NCBI GenBank assembly: GCA_018221305.1
Contig: JAAOYK010000056.1
Coordinates: 26,863-90,862, forward strand
DNA: 64,000 nucleotides
Direction: 5' to 3'
From: Candidatus Pacearchaeota archaeon
GTDB taxonomy: Archaea > Nanobdellota > Nanobdellia > Pacearchaeales > GW2011-AR1
The notes under the pieces were generated by a model. The model searched no databases. It was not told the origin of the DNA and was given only the letters and a program-made list of their open reading frames with translations. The position numbers were made by a program, and so were the translations under genes. Shown in pieces: positions 8,298-19,023 of the stretch (its first letter is position 1; each line of letters starts with the position of its first letter).

Positions 8298-8753
8298 ATG
8301 GTATTAAAGCAGGTTATTGGTGGTGTTGTGTTATTATTTATTATTATTTTATTTATTAATTTTCTGGCGACTCCTAATAAGCCTGAATTTTTAAAAAATG
8401 GGTTTGGAAAAATTGTTGAATTTGTTAAAAGCCCCCCTATTACTGGAAGTGCTGTAGCTGATGTGCAAGAAGAACCGATCCGATTTTTAAGCTTAAGAGG
8501 GCTTGATAACAATCCTTCAAAATATTTAGGTGATATGGTTGAGATACGATTTGTTATGGGTGGGGAGTTTTATTTGGATGGTATTTATCATATTTATGAT
8601 TCTAGTGGTAATTCTTTTAAAGTAAAAAAGAATAATTTTGAGTTTTCTGAAGGTGAAGAATATCTAGCCTTAGGTGTAGTTAAAAAGGAGACACGTTTGT
8701 ATCTTTATAATAAGGTTACTGTTTATTATGTGAGTGTTTCAAAAGTGTTTTAA
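8298..8753 (+). CDS. membrane-anchored OB-fold-like hypothetical protein
   Basis: N-terminal TM, PITGSAV linker, NPSKYLGDMVEI and IYDSSG OB-type motifs. Confidence 0.65.
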   Translation: MVLKQVIGGVVLLFIIILFINFLATPNKPEFLKNGFGKIVEFVKSPPITGSAVADVQEEPIRFLSLRGLDNNPSKYLGDMVEIRFVMGGEFYLDGIYHIYDSSGNSFKVKKNNFEFSEGEEYLALGVVKKETRLYLYNKVTVYYVSVSKVF

Positions 8754-8894
8754 AAGTGTTTTAAAGTCTATTTTTATAAGACTTCTTGTTGTGTATAAAA
8801 TAATACTACAGAATAATAAACTTTAAAAGGGCGTTCTCGCTCTATAATTAGAATTATTTTAAGAGGTGGATACTAGAGATGATAGGAATCATGA

Positions 8895-10337
8895 ATGGAT
8901 CCACTAAAAATTGCTATTGTTGATGATAAAGTTGAATACGCAGAAAAATTGCGAAAAGAATTAAGACGTTCTACTGGTATTCTTGACAAATTTAAGATTA
9001 ATTATCAGATTTGGGATTCTTCTTATGAGTCTTTGGATGCACGAGATTTTGTACGAACTAAACCTGATGTTCTCTTACTTAACGAAAATGTTTCTAATAG
9101 GTGTGGGTTTGAAATTTGTAGAGAGATTAAAAAAATGAGTCCATTTACGTCTGTGATTTTAACCTCAGGAACTCCGGCATTTAGAAGTTATCGGCAATTA
9201 CGAGATGCCCTAAATCAAGATGATGTGCCTTTGGATGGTATTATTGATGAAGGTTTGACTGTAACAAAAAAACAAAGAGTGTTGAGATCAAATTTGCGTA
9301 AACCATTAAACCTTGCAGTTTTAGGGTTAGGATATTTGGGTGTTGGGTTTATGCAAAACTTTTTAGAAATGCCTGAGGTTGCAAAAGTTAATGGTTTTAG
9401 TGAAAGAGAAAAAACGCCTGGAGAGGGGATTGTTGATTATGATAGTGTTTATAAATTATTAGAAGTCTTAGACCAAGGATATGGCCAGAATGATAAGCTT
9501 AATTTGTTGAATAGTTTAGAAGAGGCTGTAAGTAATACTGATGCCGTAGTTATTGCTACTTCTGCTATACATGGATCGAGTCTTGGTAAGGTTGCTAAGA
9601 CCCCTCATCGAATGGATTTAATAGACGTTGAAGGGGACAAAATTTCAAGATATTGTCAATTGCTCCATGATGTTGGATATAATGGTCTTGTTACTATTTT
9701 TACAAATCCTGTTGGGGGTAATTTAACTTTAGGGCGAAAAGTAGGGCTTGAATGTGGGCAATTAACATCTTCTATAAATATTGATGAAGAAAGATTACAT
9801 ACTGCTGCAAAAGCGGTTTTAGGTAATAATTTTGACGGGTTTTTTAAGAAGTTTTATCAAATTGTTGGGGATCATGGGGATGCGCATCTTGCACAGTTGC
9901 ATGGTGGTTATGATGATATACAACGCTTTACTGCTGATTATCGTCGTGTTAAGGATGCTATTAATGATGTTCTTTTGCAGGCGCGCCAGATGGCTCCTGA
10001 TTCTATGAAAGCGTCTAGTGATACTGGCATGCCTTATTATAAGTCTCAGCTGCATGGTTCAAAAATGTTTGCCAAACTTGCACGGTTTGGTTTTAATGGT
10101 ATTGATAGCGCGTATTGTTATGCTAATATCGGTGATCAAAAAGGATATTTAGCACTTCCTGTCAAAGTTGATTATTATCCTGAAATAAGATTTTATCCTG
10201 ATTCAGAGGTTATTAATGATTTGGATGGATCAACTATTCAAGGGCTTGAAGATCGGCTGAAATTTCAAGGATTATATGTTGAAAATTTTTTAAGGCATAG
10301 GGAGAAAAATGAAAGAAAAAATCATGCAAGTGTTTAA
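8895..10337 (+). CDS. receiver-domain / lactate-malate dehydrogenase-like fusion protein
   Basis: N-terminal IAIVDD...PDVLLLN...GFEICREIK REC fold; C-terminal GLGYLG, TNPV, DEERL, GDHGD LDH/MDH motifs. Confidence 0.8.
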   Translation: MDPLKIAIVDDKVEYAEKLRKELRRSTGILDKFKINYQIWDSSYESLDARDFVRTKPDVLLLNENVSNRCGFEICREIKKMSPFTSVILTSGTPAFRSYRQLRDALNQDDVPLDGIIDEGLTVTKKQRVLRSNLRKPLNLAVLGLGYLGVGFMQNFLEMPEVAKVNGFSEREKTPGEGIVDYDSVYKLLEVLDQGYGQNDKLNLLNSLEEAVSNTDAVVIATSAIHGSSLGKVAKTPHRMDLIDVEGDKISRYCQLLHDVGYNGLVTIFTNPVGGNLTLGRKVGLECGQLTSSINIDEERLHTAAKAVLGNNFDGFFKKFYQIVGDHGDAHLAQLHGGYDDIQRFTADYRRVKDAINDVLLQARQMAPDSMKASSDTGMPYYKSQLHGSKMFAKLARFGFNGIDSAYCYANIGDQKGYLALPVKVDYYPEIRFYPDSEVINDLDGSTIQGLEDRLKFQGLYVENFLRHREKNERKNHASV

Positions 10338-11046
10338 GTCGATTGGCTTGGCAAAAAATGAAATTAAGGTTTATTTAGACCTAGTCCAGTATGGGCTTTC
10401 ATCAGCCTTAGAAATCTCTAGACGGATAGGGATACATCGACCAAATACTTATGACGCACTACGCGGATTGATTGAAAAAGGATTTATTACAGAAACTGTT
10501 AAAGAAAATAGGAAATGTTTTGTTGCTGTTAATCCTGAAAGGATTACTGAATATGTTATGCAAAAAAAGCATGATGTTGAAGAAGTTATTCCGTATTTAA
10601 AGGATTTTACAAAAAAGATTGAAGGTGATGAAGAAGTTTATATTACAAAAGGTGTATATGCTTTTAGAAATGCATTGATAAGTTTATTAGAACTTAATAA
10701 GCCTATAAATATTTCAGGAATTCCTATTGGGTCTCATGATGTCTTAGGTGATGGGTTCTTGGCTGATTTTCATGATCGACGAATAAAGAAAAAGATTTTA
10801 ATGAGGCATATCTATAATAGGGAAGCAACAGATAGGGTAAAAGAATTGAATAAATTGCCTTATACTGAAGCAAAGCATTTAGCACGAAAGTATGATGCTG
10901 ATGTTAGCATAAATATTTGCGGAAATGTGGTTTTAATGGTTATCTTTAGTAATCCTATATCTATTATAGAAATTAAAAACAAAGAAATTGCTGCTACCTA
11001 TAATAAGTATTTCGAGATTCTATGGAAGCATGCGAAAAGTGCATAA
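10309..11046 (+). CDS. TrmB-family transcriptional regulator
   Basis: IGLAKNEIKVYLDL...ISRRIGIHRPNTYDALRGLIEKG HTH; start may be 10324. Confidence 0.9.
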   Translation: MKEKIMQVFKSIGLAKNEIKVYLDLVQYGLSSALEISRRIGIHRPNTYDALRGLIEKGFITETVKENRKCFVAVNPERITEYVMQKKHDVEEVIPYLKDFTKKIEGDEEVYITKGVYAFRNALISLLELNKPINISGIPIGSHDVLGDGFLADFHDRRIKKKILMRHIYNREATDRVKELNKLPYTEAKHLARKYDADVSINICGNVVLMVIFSNPISIIEIKNKEIAATYNKYFEILWKHAKSA

Positions 11047-11152
11047 TTTTATGTTACTATCCCAAAAGGGTAACTTGGTTGTCTAGAAAAATACTACCTT
11101 GCTTTTTATACAAATTTTTCTTAATATATTTATAATTTCGGAGGATTATAAA

Positions 11153-11491
11153 ATGATAGATGACATGTGTATAAGTTGTTCAGAACCAATAACAAATCCT
11201 ATTTGCTATAGGTGCTTTTTAAAGCAGATACACTTATGGCTTTATGACAAAAATTTTGAAAAAGATGTAATTAATGAAATATTGCGTGAGGTGCGCAAGG
11301 AAGTTTTTGTTGACTCATTGAGTGAGACGTGCTGTATACTCTGCGATGACGAGTATGTCGCGGTTTGCTCATATTGTGTGTTTTTTCGGGCAGCTAATGT
11401 TTTGAAACGGTTTGGCGTGAATAATGAACTTCTTGAAGATTTTTTAGAAATCTTTAATTATCAGCTAGGTCATGCCTCATACCATTTGTAG
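11153..11491 (+). CDS. Cys-rich zinc-finger hypothetical protein
   Basis: CxxC...PICxxC...CxxC...CxxC. Confidence 0.75.
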   Translation: MIDDMCISCSEPITNPICYRCFLKQIHLWLYDKNFEKDVINEILREVRKEVFVDSLSETCCILCDDEYVAVCSYCVFFRAANVLKRFGVNNELLEDFLEIFNYQLGHASYHL

Positions 11492-11629
11492 GTTTTTTTC
11501 TTTTTTTTTTCTTTTTTTTCTTTTTTATCAGAATCAAAAAATTTATAACTATCTTTTTATTATATATAATATAAAATAGTTATTAAAACTAGAAATGTAT
11601 GAAAGGAGGTAGAAGTTTTAAAGCATAAA

Positions 11630-11896
11630 ATGGCACGGAAAAAAGTAGTTAAGAAAGCTACAAAAAAGAGCGCACCACCAAAGCGTCTTAGAAGTGATAA
11701 GCACTTTATTGCTAAATTATTAAGATTAGTTGTCTGGATTACCGGCGTATTAGTCTCATTAGCTGTAGGGTCTGGAATGATTAAAGGAATATTGTATATT
11801 CCATATATTCATGCAACTGTAACTTGGTTAGCTGGATGGGCAGTCATACTTTTGACACTAAGTGGGGTTATTTTAGCAATCTTGCATAGGTTGTAA
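11630..11896 (+). CDS. small membrane protein
   Basis: Basic N-terminus, 2 TM helices. Confidence 0.75.
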   Translation: MARKKVVKKATKKSAPPKRLRSDKHFIAKLLRLVVWITGVLVSLAVGSGMIKGILYIPYIHATVTWLAGWAVILLTLSGVILAILHRL

Positions 11897-11982
11897 TTTT
11901 TTTTATTTTTTTATTTTTTTTATTTTAGGGTGTTTCTTGAACTTATCGAAAGGTATTTAAATGAAAACATCTATCTTTTAGA

Positions 11983-13194
11983 ATGAAAAGAGGATTGGTG
12001 TTAGGATTACTTGTTGGGATTTTTATGTTTAGTTTAGTTGGCGGAGTTTTTGCTGCTATGGAGCCTTCTGAATATAACCCTATTAATGAAGATGCTGCTA
12101 ATATTCTATCTGGGAGAATAAAAGAAGTTAGCACTCTTGGTGATGCAGGATCTTTTAATACTACTGGATGTTTTGAAAATCGGATGTTTGTAGTTGGAAT
12201 CGTTGAGGTTTTTAAGTCTGAAGATGGCTTGGAAGTAGGCGGCGATATTAATGTGGAGTTTGTTCATCAAGTAGTGCCTATTGTTGAAAAATGTGCTGTT
12301 GTTGGTGGGCGTTTTGCAGATGTTCAAGCAGGGGATGCTGTTAAAATTTATGTTAATAAGAGCGGTGAAAATTATGCTTTTGTTGTAGGGGGCTATTCTC
12401 TTGAACCGACTATTTTAGATGACGCTGAATGTACAATAGACAGTGATTGTTATCCTGATGATTTTGAGCCTGCAGACTGTGGTAATTTTTATAATTGTGC
12501 TGAAGGTGCTTGTATTGTGGGGTCTACTGCGTGTGCAAATGACACTGATGATAATAATGACTCTGAAAAACCTGATAAATTAAAATGTGATGGATTGGCA
12601 ATGAAACGGTGCAGATTACGTAAAAATTGTTATTATAATCCTCTTGATGAAAAATGTTATGATCTAAATATTGATGATATAAAAAATAGATTTCGTGACA
12701 AAATTGGTAAGGTTGTGAAACCGCATGTTGCTGAGTATCTTGATTCTTTAGAATGTCCTGAAAATTGTAAGTGTACTGGTAGTGTGATAAAATGTGAGAC
12801 TGCAAACGGCCGAGAAATGACTATTATTGCAGGACGTTCTGGTAATGTTATTTTCCAGGTTAAAGGGGTTAATGCAACAACACGTGTTGAGATAATTAGA
12901 AACGGTAGTGAGTTTATTGGAAATTTTTCTGGAAGAATGAAGCGGATTAAAATAATGCCGGATCAGGTTAAGAACAAGACCTTGAAACGGCTTAAGATGA
13001 AGAATTGTACTGAGTGCGATGTTGAATTATTAGAAGATGGATCTTATGAAATGAAAACAAAAAGAAAGTATAGAGTTTTTGGTATTTTTCCTGCAAAGAA
13101 AACTATTGTAACAAGAATTGATAGTGAAAGTGGAGAAATTATTAGCGAGAAAAGGCCGTGGTGGCGGATTATTTCTTGGAAGAGTTCAAAATAA
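11983..13194 (+). CDS. secreted Cys-rich surface protein
   Basis: Signal peptide, ECTIDSDC Cys repeats, C-terminal KRPWW motif. Confidence 0.75.
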   Translation: MKRGLVLGLLVGIFMFSLVGGVFAAMEPSEYNPINEDAANILSGRIKEVSTLGDAGSFNTTGCFENRMFVVGIVEVFKSEDGLEVGGDINVEFVHQVVPIVEKCAVVGGRFADVQAGDAVKIYVNKSGENYAFVVGGYSLEPTILDDAECTIDSDCYPDDFEPADCGNFYNCAEGACIVGSTACANDTDDNNDSEKPDKLKCDGLAMKRCRLRKNCYYNPLDEKCYDLNIDDIKNRFRDKIGKVVKPHVAEYLDSLECPENCKCTGSVIKCETANGREMTIIAGRSGNVIFQVKGVNATTRVEIIRNGSEFIGNFSGRMKRIKIMPDQVKNKTLKRLKMKNCTECDVELLEDGSYEMKTKRKYRVFGIFPAKKTIVTRIDSESGEIISEKRPWWRIISWKSSK

Positions 13195-13235
13195 TATTTA
13201 GATAATCTTTTAAAGTTTTGTTTCTAGAATATTTT

Positions 13236-15824
13236 ATGGATTGGCATGCATTATCATCAAAAGAGGTCGTAGAGAGGCTTGACACGTCTACAAAAGGGCT
13301 TGAAAAAGAAAAAGCTGGTGAAAAGTTAAATGAGTATGGATTAAATCGGATAAAAAAGACTCGTAAGTTTAGTGCTTTAAAGGTCTTGTTTGATCAGTTT
13401 AAATCTTTTCTAATTATCATATTGATCCTTGCTGCTATTGTTTTATTTTTTATTGATTCACAAATAGATGCGATTGTTATTATGGGTATTGTTATTCTGA
13501 ATGCATTACTCGGGTTTTCGCAAGAGTATAAGGCTGATAGGGCTATAGAACAGCTAAAGAAGATGATGACCCCTGTTGCTAAAGTTATGCGAGGGGGTAA
13601 GGTGATGAAAATAAATTCTGAACAAATTGTCCCAGGCGATATTCTTATCTTAGAGGAAGGTGACAAAATTGTTGCTGATGCTCGAGTATTGGTGTCTGAT
13701 GGTTTAAAAGTTAATGAGTCTGCATTGACTGGTGAAAGTGTTTCTCAGGCAAAACATTGTTCGCGATTAGGTTTGTCTTTAGCATTAGCAGATAGAATCA
13801 ATATGGTTTATCAAGGCACTCAAGTTGTTGAAGGCGGGGCAGAGGTTGTGGTTGTTAGTACTGGGATGCAAACAGAACTTGGGAAAATTTCAGGCCTTGT
13901 TCAAGAGATAAAGGCTGAAAAAAATCCGTTTAAAGATAACTTGGATCGTTTTGCAAAAAAGGTTGGAATTTTTATTTTGATCCTTGCTGCTGGAATAATT
14001 AGTTTAATGATGTTTAAACAGTCTGCAGAGCTTGTTGAAGCATTTTTGGTTGGGGTGAGTTTGGCAGTTTCTGCGATCCCTGAAGGGCTTCCTGCAGTTA
14101 TTTCTTTGGGCTTAGTTTTTGCAACAAAGCGTATGATTAAGAAAAATGTATTAGTTAGAAAACTTCCTGCAAGTGAAACTTTGGGGCGAGTGACTGTTAT
14201 TTGCACTGATAAGACTGGGACACTTACTGAAGAAGAGATGAAAGTGACGCGCATTTATGCAAATGGAAAAGATAATCCTGTTAAGGGTAAGGATTTGCTC
14301 TTAAAAATTGGAGTATTATGTAATAAGGCAAGGCTTGAAAAAGATGATTCTGGTAATGAATATACTTTAGGCGATCCTACTGAAATTGCGTTAGTGCTTT
14401 CTGCAAAAGATAGTTTTTTGGATAAAGCTCAATTGGAAAAACAAGAGTCAAAGATTAAGGAATTTCCGTTTAATTCAGAACGTAAAATGATGTCTGTTGT
14501 CCGTAGAAGTAAGGGTAAGGTTATATCTTATGTTAAGGGAGCACCAGAGCGTGTTATTGAGAGGTGTAGCTATGAATTAATTAATGGTAAGAAAGTAAAA
14601 TTAAATGATGCTTCAATAAAGAGGATAACTGGTAAGTATGAAGATATGGCTAAACAAGGGCTTCGGGTATTGGGTTTTGCATATAAGAAGTTATCATCAG
14701 ATAAAAATCTTTCACAAGATTTAGCAGAAAATAAGCTTGTTTTTGTTGGTTTTCAGGGGATGATTGATCCTCCAAGAAAGGAAGTAAAAAATTCTATAAA
14801 ATTGTGTAAGCGAGCAGGTATTAAGGTCTTAATGATTACTGGTGACTCTAATTTGACTGCGAACGCTGTTGCTAAACAAATCGGCCTTACTGGTGAGTCT
14901 GTTGATTCAATAGAATTACAAAATATGAGTGATAAGGATCTGCTCTCGCGTATAGATAAAATTAGTGTGTTTTCTCGTATTTCTCCAAAAGATAAACTTA
15001 GAATAATTGATATTTTGAAGCAGAAAAAGGAAATTGTTGCAATGACTGGGGATGGTGTTAATGATGCATTAGCATTAAAACGTGCAGATATTGGTATTGC
15101 AATGGGGATTCGTGGGACTGATGTTGCCCGGGACTCTTCAGACATCATACTTCTTGATGATAACTTTGCCTCAATTGTTGAAGGTGTGAAAGAAGGGAGA
15201 CGTATTTATGATAATATTAAAAAGTTTATAAAATATTTATTTTCTGCTAACTTTTATGAAGTTTTCTTGGTTGCTATTGCAATACTTATTGGGTATCCTC
15301 TACCCTTGCTGCCGCTGCAAATTTTATGGATTAATCTTGCTACAGACAGTTTTCCTGCACTGTCTTTAAGTGCTGAAGAATTAGAAAAAGATGCAATGAA
15401 ACGAAAGCCAAGAAAAGGTAGTCTTTTAGCAAGAACTGGTGGTTTTATTATGCTGGCTGGAATTGTAGGATTAATTATTACTCTTATTATGTTTTTGACA
15501 ACTTATGATAAGGCAAATCCCGATAGCTTAGCACGAGCACAAACAATTACATTAACAACGTCTGTGATTTATCAAATGTTTTTGGTTATTAATTGTAAAT
15601 CTAAGAAATTCTTTTTTAAGTCTAAATTTAATAAGTATCTCTTTTATTCAATAGTTGGTGTAATAATCGCACAATTCGTAGTGATATATTATGGGCCTGT
15701 TGCTGCACTGTTTTCATTTGTTCCTTTGACTTTGGTTGAATGGGGAAAAATTGTAGGGATTACTTTTGCAGCTTTTGTATTTATTGAACTAACTAAACCG
15801 ATTTTAAAGGGGGCACATAAATAA
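13236..15824 (+). CDS. cation-transporting P-type ATPase (type IIA, Ca2+-like)
   Basis: TGES, PEGL, DKTGTLT, KGAPE, TGDGVND motifs. Confidence 0.97.
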   Translation: MDWHALSSKEVVERLDTSTKGLEKEKAGEKLNEYGLNRIKKTRKFSALKVLFDQFKSFLIIILILAAIVLFFIDSQIDAIVIMGIVILNALLGFSQEYKADRAIEQLKKMMTPVAKVMRGGKVMKINSEQIVPGDILILEEGDKIVADARVLVSDGLKVNESALTGESVSQAKHCSRLGLSLALADRINMVYQGTQVVEGGAEVVVVSTGMQTELGKISGLVQEIKAEKNPFKDNLDRFAKKVGIFILILAAGIISLMMFKQSAELVEAFLVGVSLAVSAIPEGLPAVISLGLVFATKRMIKKNVLVRKLPASETLGRVTVICTDKTGTLTEEEMKVTRIYANGKDNPVKGKDLLLKIGVLCNKARLEKDDSGNEYTLGDPTEIALVLSAKDSFLDKAQLEKQESKIKEFPFNSERKMMSVVRRSKGKVISYVKGAPERVIERCSYELINGKKVKLNDASIKRITGKYEDMAKQGLRVLGFAYKKLSSDKNLSQDLAENKLVFVGFQGMIDPPRKEVKNSIKLCKRAGIKVLMITGDSNLTANAVAKQIGLTGESVDSIELQNMSDKDLLSRIDKISVFSRISPKDKLRIIDILKQKKEIVAMTGDGVNDALALKRADIGIAMGIRGTDVARDSSDIILLDDNFASIVEGVKEGRRIYDNIKKFIKYLFSANFYEVFLVAIAILIGYPLPLLPLQILWINLATDSFPALSLSAEELEKDAMKRKPRKGSLLARTGGFIMLAGIVGLIITLIMFLTTYDKANPDSLARAQTITLTTSVIYQMFLVINCKSKKFFFKSKFNKYLFYSIVGVIIAQFVVIYYGPVAALFSFVPLTLVEWGKIVGITFAAFVFIELTKPILKGAHK

Positions 15825-15897
15825 TGGCCCAAAAAGCTTTTATATCCTGATAATCTTAGTATCTTGTTAAGGGAGGAAATGGTTAAGAGCTGAAAAA

Positions 15898-16224
15898 ATG
15901 ATTAATTGGATAATTGTTGCAGTATTTTTAATTGGAATACTTTTTTTTATGAGAATGAACCATTTAAAGCATAGGTATACTATTATCTTCCTTATATTGC
16001 TAGCGTTATTTCTATATGCAACAATTTCTGTTGTAAATAGTCGGAATGAATTTGATCTTACTACTACTAAGGGTTCGTTAAATGCAGTAAAGGTGTATCT
16101 AGGGTGGCTTGGCCACGGTTTTCAGAATTTGAAAGCATTAACTGGGAATGCGATTAAGATGGATTGGACTAATACTAATGGGACCTTTTTTAATAAGACT
16201 GACATTAACCCTCAAGTTAAATAG
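15898..16224 (+). CDS. hypothetical membrane protein
   Basis: 2 TM helices, GGAGG upstream. Confidence 0.7.
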   Translation: MINWIIVAVFLIGILFFMRMNHLKHRYTIIFLILLALFLYATISVVNSRNEFDLTTTKGSLNAVKVYLGWLGHGFQNLKALTGNAIKMDWTNTNGTFFNKTDINPQVK

Positions 16225-16236
16225 CATTTGTATAAA

Positions 16237-16440
16237 ATGAAAACTGTAATGATTTTGGTGATGTTTTTATTGATTGGGGCTTTTTTTATTATTTCTAATG
16301 AAAATCTTTTACTTAAGGATAAGGAAAGTCTTGATACTTTTTTTGTGAGTTATACGCAGTGGCTTGATCAATTGTTAGGGAACGGAAAAACTTTTGCAGG
16401 GTATGTTGTAAAAATGCAGTGGTTACCTGAAGAAAGTTAG
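16237..16440 (+). CDS. small membrane protein
   Basis: TM helix; operonic with the upstream gene. Confidence 0.65.
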   Translation: MKTVMILVMFLLIGAFFIISNENLLLKDKESLDTFFVSYTQWLDQLLGNGKTFAGYVVKMQWLPEES

Positions 16441-16444
16441 ATTT

Positions 16445-17077
16445 TTAACAAACTTCAATGATTGGGGCAAGAAGTTTTTTGTATGAACATTCGATTGTTT
16501 TGTCAGCAATTTCCCCGTAAACTTGAAAACTTGTTGCTAGTGGCTGTATTTCATTGGCTTCTAGGTATACTTCTTCAGATGTGCTGTCAATCTCTGATGA
16601 ATTTTCTTTATTAATTATTAAAAAACCAATCTCAAAGTTTCCTCCAGTTTCTCCCCAATTTTGTACTGTAAGTGAGCAAGAGATTTCTTTATCAATGCAC
16701 TGGCTTTGGTTATATTCATTACATATTGTGTTTTGCACAAAATTGCCTAAAATGTATGGATTTCGTTTGTAAATGCATCCTGGTTGGGTGATTGGGGTTT
16801 CTCCGTCACCTCCTGCGCCGCCGCCACCACCACCGCCTGCGCCGCCGGTGCTAGGTTTTGTAGTTCCAAGTTCTCCTAAATTTTCTGGATCAATTCCGTC
16901 TCCGGCAGTAATTTCATCAAAATATTCTGGACTTTGTGGCTTAAATATTGTTTTAAGTATTGGAACTTCTGATAAAGACCTTCGTAGTTTTTTGTTTGAT
17001 AATATGTTAATAGTTAAAGTCATTGAAATTAAAAGAATGCTAACAGCAACGATAATTATTTTACTTCCTTTTTCCAT
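16445..17077 (-). CDS. membrane-anchored surface protein with poly-Gly linker
   Basis: N-terminal TM, GGAGGGGGGGAGG, Cys-containing Ig-like C-terminus. Confidence 0.7.
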   Translation of the reverse strand: MEKGSKIIIVAVSILLISMTLTINILSNKKLRRSLSEVPILKTIFKPQSPEYFDEITAGDGIDPENLGELGTTKPSTGGAGGGGGGGAGGDGETPITQPGCIYKRNPYILGNFVQNTICNEYNQSQCIDKEISCSLTVQNWGETGGNFEIGFLIINKENSSEIDSTSEEVYLEANEIQPLATSFQVYGEIADKTIECSYKKLLAPIIEVC

Positions 17078-17155
17078 GATTGTTGAATGTTTTTTATGTT
17101 TATAAACATTTCAATAATCTTTTTAAAATGAGATGTTCTAACTTAATTGATATGC

Positions 17156-17282
17156 GCCGCAGTAGCTCAGTTTTGGTTAGAGCGCGTCATTGGTAATCTA
17201 AAGATCTTAATTGATTTTTATCTTTTAAGATTCATAGAATCTAAAAATGACGAGGTCCCGGGTTCGAGCCCCGGCTGTGGCT
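17156..17282 (+). tRNA. tRNA-Thr(GGU) with 51-nt canonical intron (17196-17246)
   Basis: GCCGCAG/CTGTGGC acceptor; CGTCA-TTGGTA|intron|A-TGACG; BHB central helix TTGG/CTAA. Confidence 0.93.
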
Positions 17283-17373
17283 TTGTATCTTCTTAATGAG
17301 CATAATCTTTAAAAATAATAGATTAATAGTATTTTCATCCTATTTTAGGAAAAAAAGTTCTGATAAAATTAAT

Positions 17374-17700
17374 ATGGTAATAGACAAGAAAGTTGAAGTT
17401 GATGGTGAGCAAGTCTTTGATAATAAACATATCTGGGTTGTTATAGATGGTCAAAAAGATTGGGCTAATAAGGATGCAGGTGGGCATGGGTTTATTTATA
17501 GAAATTTTATCGGAGCTTCTAAATCAAAAGCAAATGCTTTAGAACAAGCTTATAGAAAAATGGATTTTATTGGTGGGGATTTCACATTAAAAAATCAGAC
17601 TGATTGTTTTGTTCAGTATGAAGGAGAGGTACGTAACTATTATGTTTCGATAATGAAATATGATCTAGATGGCCCAAGTGTTTTTGATATGAACCATTAA
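17374..17700 (+). CDS. hypothetical protein
   Basis: Open frame; likely start MVIDKK. Confidence 0.55.
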   Translation: MVIDKKVEVDGEQVFDNKHIWVVIDGQKDWANKDAGGHGFIYRNFIGASKSKANALEQAYRKMDFIGGDFTLKNQTDCFVQYEGEVRNYYVSIMKYDLDGPSVFDMNH

Positions 17701-17795
17701 AAAAGTCATTTTAGGTTGTTTTTGTCCTTTTTTATACAACTATTGTATTTATAGAAAAAGTTCTTATATTCTAAGTATGTATCTTCTTTTGTAAA

Positions 17796-17984
17796 ATGGA
17801 ACGCATTTTTACCTTTGATGAAGGTGATTATCTAGTTGAAACTTTAGGTCTTTATGATAATGATGATAGTGATATTGATGTGGGCAATGAAGAAGGGGAT
17901 GATGGGTCTTTTAGTGAATTAATAATACCAATATTTCCAGACTCTGAGTATGTTTGCTATAAAAAAGAAGGATTTGTTATATAA
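17796..17984 (+). CDS. small acidic hypothetical protein
   Basis: 62 aa, TATA-like box upstream. Confidence 0.45.
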   Translation: MERIFTFDEGDYLVETLGLYDNDDSDIDVGNEEGDDGSFSELIIPIFPDSEYVCYKKEGFVI

Positions 17985-18025
17985 ACATCTAAAAGTTTAA
18001 ATTGACGTGTTTGTATTATTTGGTT

Positions 18026-18172
18026 ATGAAAAATAATATAAAATTTGTTGATGTTAAAGAAAAGAAGATTATATCTACGAAAAACGCATGTGAAAAAGTC
18101 ATGGATTATATTGATGAATGTGGTAAAGATTCTTTAAAGCCAAAAAGTGATGAAAACCGCAATTCTGAATAA
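18026..18172 (+). CDS. small hypothetical protein (48 aa)
   Basis: MKNNIKFVDV...; TTTAAA box about 30 bp upstream. Confidence 0.4.
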   Translation: MKNNIKFVDVKEKKIISTKNACEKVMDYIDECGKDSLKPKSDENRNSE

Positions 18173-18215
18173 TTTTTGCAAATAGGTTTATAAAGATTAA
18201 CAAATATCTTTTTTG

Positions 18216-18428
18216 ATGGCTACTAGAAATCTGATCAGATATGAATTTTTTGTAATAGTTGGGTTGTTAATGGTTTTTGGGACCTTAATAAAACTTTTAA
18301 AAATAATTGATTTTTCATCGGACTGGTTCTGGTTTTTGGCCGGAGTTGGCTTAATTGTCGAGGGTGTTATCTCTCTTGTAAAACAAAAAAAGTTTGAACG
18401 CAAATATAAGATAATCGAAAGAATATAA
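18216..18428 (+). CDS. small membrane protein
   Basis: 2 TM helices (DFSSDWFWFLAG); TTTATAAA upstream. Confidence 0.7.
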   Translation: MATRNLIRYEFFVIVGLLMVFGTLIKLLKIIDFSSDWFWFLAGVGLIVEGVISLVKQKKFERKYKIIERI

Positions 18429-18469
18429 TGATTCATTAATTTTATAAAGCATATGTTTCTAGCTTTTTT

Positions 18470-18964
18470 ATGACAAAAGATATTGAGGTATGTTCTAATC
18501 TGCAAGACTTAAAGTCTGAGTATGTTAAATTTAAAGAGAAATATGCTTTGCCAGAATTTGATGATTTAAACAGAGTTTTTGATATTGAAGAATTGGATAT
18601 TGAGACTGATTTTTTGTTAAGACGGATTCGACGCATTATTACTGATCGAATCGCAAGTTATTTGCGTTTTGTTGAAGCGATCTTAAATCCTAGTAATGCT
18701 CCAATGTTTTTCTTTAAAGTAATAAAAAAATTAGAAAACAGTGATAAAGAAAGTCTGACTCGATTGCAGGGAATTTTGGGAAAGATTGAAATAAATGTTG
18801 TGGCATTAGATCTTGATTATCATGAAGAAATGGAAGCAAAATTTATAGTTAGAATCTCTAAATGTTTTGAAGAAGATATTAAAGCTACTCTTCTTGACAT
18901 TGTGTATAAGATGGGTAATGGTGAAAATCAAAGAACTGAAGAAAAAACTAGTTATTTTGGATAG
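18470..18964 (+). CDS. conserved hypothetical protein
   Basis: 164-aa helical protein, KYALPEFDDLNRVFDIE. Confidence 0.75.
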   Translation: MTKDIEVCSNLQDLKSEYVKFKEKYALPEFDDLNRVFDIEELDIETDFLLRRIRRIITDRIASYLRFVEAILNPSNAPMFFFKVIKKLENSDKESLTRLQGILGKIEINVVALDLDYHEEMEAKFIVRISKCFEEDIKATLLDIVYKMGNGENQRTEEKTSYFG

Positions 18965-19023
18965 TTAACACGTTTTTTACTTTTTTTAGTTAATATTATA
19001 AACTAAGTCATCTATATTTTTTT

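Noticed and set aside
13394-15148. Antisense ORFs within the P-type ATPase (and similar ones in pheS, pheT, pgk, tgt)
   Set aside because: Shadow frames of well-supported genes.
16805-16852. GC-rich repeat tract
   Set aside because: Simply encodes the poly-Gly linker of the surface protein.
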